In this document: one piece after another, positions 56,401 to 64,000 of the stretch
How positions within the stretch are numbered: the first letter of the stretch is position 1
Layout of the letters: each line of letters begins with the position of its first letter
NCBI RefSeq assembly: GCF_022539665.2
Contig: NC_081333.1
Location: 6,324,001 to 6,388,000 of the forward strand
Direction: 5' to 3'
Source: Daphnia carinata
Lineage: Eukaryota
DNA: 64,000 nt
Position numbers and translations under genes: made by a program
Notes under the pieces: generated by a model
What the model was told of the DNA's origin: nothing
Seen by the model: the letters and a program-made list of their open reading frames with translations, nothing else
Database searches by the model: none

Positions 56401-56810
56401 GCCCGATAATGCCGTCCCTGACGCTAGCTGCGATGTGTGCAGCAGATTTCGCTTACGGGATCTCAATTGGGAACGAATGGAGTTTGAACCATCACCAGTC
56501 GCCCGTTGGTATTGCTTCAGAAAAGAGCGACATGCATTACTAACCTGTTGTCTTCCCCATTTTTCGGACTGCCTTCGGACGACTGCTGTAAAGCAAGAGC
56601 TGATTGACGGTGTCCAGGGCTCACAGGTGGCAGTGCGTTGAGAACGGAGCAACCGCCCAAACCGGCTGCATCAACATTTGGATCAGGGTCAGTCCCGTTG
56701 ACGGAAGAGTAACTGGTATAACCTGATGTTTGTGCGGCTGAGCTCGAACCGTGAGGTGAAGATGCTCTTGTTGGCGCAGCCATCTCGTCTGACTGGTCAC
56801 TGCTTGCCAT
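29486..56810 (-). CDS. grh: Grainyhead (CP2/Grh family transcription factor), 14 coding exons, ~1077 aa
   Basis: Phase-consistent exons: 56810-56545 (putative first, less certain), 43539-43000, 42625-41626, 41454-41198, 40359-40197, 39234-39123, 36439-36345, 35768-35712, 33183-33082, 30664-30485, 30397-30348, 30260-30044, 29834-29770, 29615-29486. Motifs: [98 protein letters not shown]. Confidence 0.93.
32602..32620. repeat. (CT)n microsatellite
   Basis: Direct read, in a grh intron. Confidence 0.85.
34328..34347. repeat. (AG)n microsatellite
   Basis: Direct read, in a purine-rich grh intronic tract. Confidence 0.85.
45242..45260. repeat. (CG)9 alternating purine-pyrimidine tract
   Basis: CGCGCGCGCGCGCGCGCGC read directly. 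Confidence 0.9.
50904..50928. repeat. (TC)12 microsatellite
   Basis: Direct read. Confidence 0.9.
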
Positions 56811-57400
56811 GATACGGATACACGGACCACCGCAGTGGGACTTAACGAGGACGCGACAAGACAAGCACGTGGTTACGACTGTTTTACTCCAACCCGTCTA
56901 CTTGGCCTCTTCCAATTATCTTTGTCTCACGTTCTCTCCCTTTCCTTTTTTTCTTTTTCTTTCTTTCTTTCTTTCTTTCATCTTTTTCTTTTTTTTTTGT
57001 GTGTGTGTGTGTCTCTCCTTCCCGCTGCCGTTGCTGGTGTCTTCTCTCAGAGCGTACCGCGGGAGAAATACACGAATCAAAGGGCGGACCGTAGCCCGCA
57101 ATCCAAAGTCGATGGAAAAATGGAACGTTTGGAGCGCAACGGTCTGTTGCGTTGGTATACACCGCGATCGCCGCGTGCCATCCAAAGTTCTTTGATATTG
57201 TTTGGCTACGTCAGTCGAATTTATAGAGACAAAGAAACACAACGAAAACACCGTTGATAGGGATTGAAAGTAGCAACAAACCGCAAGGGTCCACCGAGGT
57301 AGACTAACGGCTGCCGCTCAGATATGGCCCACTGAAAAAGGAATGGCTTATCATCGTCAGAATCACTGCTAGGCCCTCGCATCGGAACTCTCCTGCTTAC

Positions 57401-57610
57401 CTGTACCAGTGCTGCGCAAGCTGCTGTTCCAATAGACAACACGCATATTGTAAATAACATGTGGGGAGGAAAAAAAAAATCTTCGAATTCATCCAAAACC
57501 GAAACCAAACCGCCCCATGTCCCTGCAGGCGTCGTGTCTGATTCATCTACGTCTTTGCAAGTGAACGCAGAAGAAGGTCGAACATCAAGAGAAGGGAAAG
57601 ATAGCTGCAA
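57401..57610 (-). other. Putative 5' UTR exon of grh
   Basis: Strong minus-strand donor CAG|GTAAGC at 57400 and an AG acceptor at ~56879, upstream of the ATG at 56810. The 5' boundary is unknown. Confidence 0.35.
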
Positions 57611-60600
57611 GGAACTTTTCAGCTCTCAACTGCCATTCCACATCACAAGGAAAAACAGGAAAAAAAAACATAGACACACACACAAAAAAGAAACAAAAAA
57701 CGAAAAAAAAAAAAAAAAACGAAAACAAAAATGTCGGACAACAAAAAAGAAAGAAAAAAACAACACGCAAAAAAGGTAAATAAAAAAGAAATACATTACA
57801 AAAAAAAATCTGATAGCGAATTAAAAAAGGCGGGAAATGAATGGTAATGAGGAAAAAAAAAGCAGTAATACAGATGGAGATGCTATCAAATGAAAGTTAG
57901 AATATTATTTTAATGGCCAACCCCTACGCAGCTCTCAAGCACCTTTGGTGATTGCATACTTGGTTGTTAAGTAACACAGGCACTTTGACGTGAGCTTTCG
58001 GCGGAAATTGTCCGCGCAAACCTTTTAAATAGGAAAACTCCTCGTCTTGGAGAATGAAATACATTTACGTGAATACGGTGAATCTGTTCAAGATTCTTTG
58101 TCGCCAACATTCCGCCTTTAGATCGTTTTTTCATTATGCACATCATGTGCACGCGTCATTCTGCAATCCAACGCAACTTGAAATTTGTTCGTATATACGT
58201 ACGGCGTTGACGTCTTTACTCGAGTGCAAAATAATTGTTCAAATTGGTTGTGCAATCTCAATAAAGCAAGCGAAATAGTTTACACTTGGCGAGAATACAA
58301 ACCATTCCAGCGTAACGGCCTCAAAAACAAAATTATATCGGCATTGAGTTTTCTTCAGATTTGCAAAACAAATTTGACGCCTAACATGGTGTACAAACTG
58401 GACACCGTAGCTAGTAATAATTAGCTTGCAGCCCATTCTTTCAGGATTTCCACCATTGGCGTAGGTGTACAAAGAAATAATTATGTTCCTCACTTTCCGG
58501 TGCTATTTTTTTTTTATATTTAACTCATTGCGCTAGAAATGAAATGCAACATTTGTAAATGAATTTCTTTTGCAAGACATATTACATTTGCTTTCCAAAA
58601 TTACCCGTAGATCTTAAAAACAGTGAAAGTATAAAATAGAATTTTGAATGTTGGTCACTGATTTATTTAAGAAAGGATTAAGAATGTAGTAGGTCAATTG
58701 TAGATTGTTTTTTACGTCTGGCACCGGGGATTTTTGGGTTGTGATTTCGGGGTTAAGAACTTCGACATGAAACTCCTGAGGTAATAATTACGTAAACTAA
58801 TATTTCAATAAACCAGTTCTTAATAGGGCTCCGCAACTTCCCGATAATAGGCTGTAGGAGCATCCTCTTTGGCTTATCTGGAAGCCATTCCAGGATCTTT
58901 TCCCACATTCAAAACGGGGGATCCTAAATGCATTGAAAGAAGGGTGTAATCGACAGCATTGAATAAACAAACATCATGTTTTAAGAGCGTTTTGCCGCTT
59001 GCGGTTAGGTTTTCCATTTGGCAGCGGTTAAGAAAATGCAAAAAAGATGTTACCACATCCCAATATTTTACCTGAGTCCGAAAAAAAAAACACAAAAAAT
59101 CTCGCTCGCCAGGTGAAACCAGTAGACGCTTTTCGGCAATGTGATAGAAAAACGAGTTTTTTTAGTTTCACTACTGTTGTATAGAGATTTTGTATACGCA
59201 GTAGCGCACCATAACTTACAGCCTATTTACAGTGGCAGGCTGGAATGTGATTTGAATCTATTGTGGTAGTTTTTAAGGAAGCTAACGAGGTTGCAAAAAA
59301 AAAAAGGATTGGATATATCGTTGAAATGAGTTACAGGCAACTGATGATGTTATTTTGTTACATAAAACCCATCGTCTAGATTCCAACACTAATAATTTTA
59401 ATGTAAATGAAATTCGATGTCCTAGCATTTTTGTCAGAGTTTTGGTATTTTTGTCGCTAGGTTAAAATAAGAAATGTCGTGTGGACCAGACGGTATCTAC
59501 TAATGGCGAATTGCACGGACAACTTTATGAGAATGGTATTTCTTGATTTTATTTGGAAATAAAAAAAAAAACTCGACGGGAAAAAGTGGCAAATACCCTA
59601 ACAACAATTGCTTTGTTTCAAATGATATAGGCCCACGCGTTTGCATTGACCTATGCATTATTCAATACGTATGTAGACTATTCAAAATAATATTTTACGT
59701 GACGGATGGAAAAGCAAAAAAAGAGTAAATCCTATTTCAGTTTTTTCGACCAAGTGAATCTGTCATTGTGTTATTGAATGATCTGAACACCTGTAACAAT
59801 TTTATTACGTGCATTTTGTTCTTTTGCTCCTAAACTGGTTTACCTTTTAGCCTCAATGATAGTGATGAATGGGCCTAGACGTCATATCACTCATACATGA
59901 TTAGAACGTCTTTGGCTGAACATACTTTTCCCGACATTAGCTCATTAGCCTAGGTGTTAAGCCCCAAACAGTGACCCGCATTGAACGTTAGAATGAAGAG
60001 AATGAGGTTGACGTCTAGGCGAGGATGCTTTTGTACTTATATGGAAACATTTTGTGTTTGTGGAAGGTTAGACTAGTTATGAAAGACGACTACCTACATG
60101 CAAATCTTTGCGCTGAAATTATTGCTGTATTAGATGTTTCAACAACTAAAAGTCACTGTTCTCAGTATTTTTGATCACATTCTCGGCATATACCTATTGT
60201 CACTTGGTCCTAGAAAACATAACATGAATGTACTGTAACATGTAGTGCAACAGCATGTTATTACGTTGATACGTATCAATACACTAATATATGTGAATAG
60301 TTATTTTCAAATTGAATAATTTTTTTTTTCTCTTAGGCACGGGGAATGGTATAGGTGAAGCAAATAGCTACAACTGATAGAGTGTTTTAGTTGTTGATTG
60401 AATCTACTTTCTACATGACCGTCGTAATGTCATTTTCTGTCTGAGCGGGAATAAATGCTCAGCATATTTCCATAGCTTTAATCGGCTTTAATAGTTCGTC
60501 GTCCCTCATCCATGACCTGCATATATTGTAATACAACTAGTAGCCAATATCATGTAAGATTTTGCATTGGGCAATCCTGATAATTACGCACTTGAAAGAC

Positions 60601-63600
60601 GACCTACCACTCTAGATCAAAACTGGATTCCTGTTGAGGCAATGTAAACTCTTTTCATTTGAATACCGCTTTGTCGTTGGGGATGCGTTATTTAAATGAC
60701 TAAAAATATTTTTGACATTTTACAAATTACAAAAGTTTACTTTTGCTCCTGGGAATCGATTTCCTTTTATGGGTACTCCCACAGTACCTATGTCGACTAA
60801 GGAAATTATCTCATTCATTAGCTATGAACAGAAAATCCGGGGGAAAAATATCCTACCGTCGGAAAAAATGATTCTGTCGTTTGAAACACATTTGAGAGTT
60901 GAACAATAAGAGCTTAGTTTTAGAAATGATGACAATGTGGAAAAATTTGTAAAAGCAGTCGTTTTTAGCAGCTCTCGTTCGTCATTGCGTCCTATTTTGG
61001 CATCTTTTAAAAGAAAAATCAACTGAAAATTCCAAACGTGCGTGCGTGTGATTGAAAAATAAAAGTTTTTGGTGGTGGTAAAAGTTTAGAAAACACCAAA
61101 AAATGGTGTTTCCTATTTTTTAAAAATTATTTTTGCAACTGGAGGCTTACGAAATAGTAAACAATTTCAAAAAATATAATTTAAATTAAATATTCATTCT
61201 TCTTTCCAAAAATATGTTTAGCTTTTATTAATATACGATTTTAATTGCTTAGAAAGACACCCCTATTTTGGGGTAACCTGGCTTGGAAACAGGATAAAGT
61301 TCCCTGTGCTACATTGTCTCGTATGCCACCATAGGGCCCATGTAAATTGCATATCTTACACTTGAGTACTGAATCATTTGTATGCATTTACCTCCTCATT
61401 TATGTTTACCTTTAATCCCCTTGTAGTTTTATCGTTCGTGTGTTTGCTCTATTGTTCAGAAGCGGAAAAAAGTTTAAATTATTTTTGTTTGTATGAAGTT
61501 TGAGTTTTATTCTAGCACTATCAATACATTGCTTTCCTCGTACGAAATACATGGAGTCAATTTACCCCCGATACAGGGCAAGTTGTCTTATTTTTTAAAA
61601 ATCCCAATTACGGTTGTATAATATTAGGATTTCAGAAATGAAAATATGTAATAGAAAGCAATTTTTTTTCTATTTTTTTTTTTTTAATCAAGGAAGGTTT
61701 TAAAATATGTAAAGGTGTAGATACGGGATATGAAAAACAAAAAAGTGAGCCGACTAGTACGAGTTTCCCCTATGTTCAATATGTGCATAACCTTTGCGAC
61801 TAAGTAAGACGTTAACATTGACATTTTAATCAAAACTGTATGTTAAAAAAATATTAGTAGCCAAGACGACAATCATACACGGGAAAACTCGTCGAGCAGC
61901 ATTCCTTTATTATTATTATTATTATTTTTCTTCCCTTATGATTATTATTATTATTATTGGTATTTTAAAATCCCAATGAGGCACTGTGTAGAGTAAATAC
62001 GATCTGTACATTTCTGAAATCATTATTCTTTTCAAACCATTCTATTTCTTTTATCAAAAAGAGGTAGACTATATGTCCACTGCTTTCCACCAAATTGTGA
62101 CTGAACAACGCGCGTAAATAAGGCTATGAAGTACCACAATGAATTAGTTCTCTATTTTGGGATTAGGGACAGTCTAAGCAATTTTAAAAACGTGCAAAAC
62201 GCCCCACAAAAGCACAACTGCAAAAGTCCAGGCACTGTAAAAGTTTAAATGATAAAAAATATCAAAGTCTCCTACGAGATAGGGTTTCCGTTCAACAAAA
62301 ATGGGCATCAATATCTGTTATACTTATAGTTTCGTGCGGGAGAACTGACGCCATTTTGATTTTCCTTTTTTTTATTTCTTGGGCATAGGTTTTGTTTTGT
62401 TTTTTCCAATGACAAATCGAGTGTCACATGTAGCATTCTTTTTGGAATCGCCATCCCCGACTGGACCATTATCTCGGCTTTGAACTCATGCAAATGAGCA
62501 TTTCAGTATGTTTAAACCTTCCTTGTACGTCGTTTTTTTCCCCTGCTTGTTTTTTTCAAATAAGGCTTTCGGATGTCTGTTGTCCGCTGATTGGAGCAAA
62601 AGCACTCGAGCAGCCATGGCTGCTGTATCCAATTAAATAACCTAAAAAATTACAGTAACTTTGCGTCTTTCTAGATTGTTTTCGAAGTTTCTGATTCAGC
62701 GCACAAAAACGCTGTTAGTTGTTAGGTGTTCGTCTTTCTTTGTACTCGCTCGTTGTTCAGAGATTTTATGCTTAGCATTATACGCGACTGGCCGAGTAGA
62801 CCAATTGTTGTATTCAAAGTTTGATCATGACCGGCATTGGTTTGTCCTTCAGGCTGGTTTTGCTTGACGAGTCATATTTTATTATTAGGCAGCCCGCTTG
62901 ACTTGATGATCTGTTGCTTCAGTAGAACCAGTTGAGCGAACAGGGAAATTTCCGCCGAATAAAACATAAATAGCTAAACAAAGAAGCAAATCAGGGAATA
63001 AAAATCTATAAACTGATTTTATGGCATAGGGCATAATCTTGTTTGCATTTTAGATGATAAAATTCCAGTGAAGATATGATTTATAGCTAAAAGGCGACTT
63101 TACACGCAAACACGATCATACACATTAAACTCGCCGATAGCAAGTTCATTTTCAAAGTTGTTGCACTTGTTTTGCTTCTAAATACCTCACGGTTATGTTG
63201 TCCGTTTTCGTCCTTTTGCTGTACAAGCAACTGTCCGTAAAGCTGAATCGCCGTTTCATTGTTGTGCTATAATGACTTCCAGTTCACCAGACACGAACAA
63301 GCTGGTTTTTAATGAGCTAAATTTAGGCTACTGAAACGAGATACCTGAATGCGCCATGTTTCAAATATTTACATCCAGTTTTTTCTACATGTTTTCGTGA
63401 CAGACCAAATAAAGTTTTTGGTTCAGTTATATTGCAACAATTGTAAGAGCAGGTGCGCCCCCATACGACATTTTTGAATGTGGATTTCATGGAGGCCTAG
63501 GCCTAAAGTTTGTGGTCTACACAGTCATACTCTTTATGTAAAACAACAGAAAAACAAGAATAAGTTAAATTTTTTGAATTATTAATTTCTGCTACCAGAA

Positions 63601-64000
63601 TATAGCCACACGTTGTTCAATGCATTACAATTTAATTTACGTTAGCGTCGAAAGCATTGACGGGACTTCAAGTCAACGACTTCAGTCCTACATAACCTGG
63701 CCAATGAGCAATCCCTACAGGAAGAGTTTTCCAGGCTGGAGCGAGTAATTGAATATGTAGGGTGAACGCACTTCGAACAGTAGAACAAAGGGATGATGAC
63801 ATCTGAATTTGATGACAGTTGCAATATTACCTTCCATTCGTCACGCTATAACATGGAGTAAATGCATGTAAAGAACTTACTATACTCATATGCGTTTGTT
63901 ACGATTATAATTATAATGGGATGTTATGAAATTGGGTTGCGAAAATACTTACATAGTAAAAATGTACACAATATGTTGGGAAAAACAAAATTTTTAATGT

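Noticed and set aside
44000..56500. Many short Lys- or Phe-rich ORFs in grh intron 1
   Set aside because: Products of A/T homopolymer runs, with no domain or splice support.
58603..58613. ACCCGTAGATC, resembling the miR-100 5' end
   Set aside because: Only 11 nt match; the rest diverges and no precursor hairpin is evident.
60700..61900. Transposon-like words (GGGGTAAATTGAC, TAGGGGAAACTCG) upstream of grh
   Set aside because: I could not pair termini or find a TSD; at most a decayed relic.
58811..62933. Grh-type AACCAGTT sites upstream of grh (58811, 59833, 62926) as autoregulation
   Set aside because: The same 8-mer occurs about four times in the housekeeping cluster (~18084, 21504, 23866, 25583), so there is no visible enrichment.

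Overview
Eukaryotic, AT-rich animal DNA with many 60-75 nt GT-AG introns and homopolymer-rich long introns. The style suggests an arthropod, probably a Daphnia-like branchiopod crustacean (inference, not database-checked). The first 27 kb is a compact cluster of nine housekeeping genes: INTS10 (-, runs off the left edge), CEP78 (+), MOCOS/maroon-like (-), intronless SETD4 (-), TMEM189/PEDS1 (+), COG2 (-), spastin (+), GPALPP1 (-) and SmD1 (+). The remaining ~37 kb holds one large minus-strand grainyhead gene (14 coding exons, ~1077 aa by my exon reconstruction) plus its UTRs and upstream DNA. Three intact non-autonomous DNA transposons, apparently from three different superfamilies, each sit in a head-to-head promoter gap. 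They are a 953-bp Tc1/mariner-type foldback (TA TSD, ~410-bp TIRs), a 705-bp P/Galileo-like element (31-bp TIR, 7-bp TSD) and a 253-bp hAT MITE (8-bp TSD). The best lead is that the foldback carries four RFX X-box motifs directly upstream of the ciliary/centriolar gene CEP78. Also notable: grh keeps a vertebrate-GRHL-like N-terminal motif on a frame-symmetric exon, and spastin appears to lack the N-terminal membrane hairpin. I found no CRISPR array, rRNA, intact tRNA or autonomous transposase, and I cannot claim a wholly new biological system. Gene names come from recalled family motifs, not from searches.
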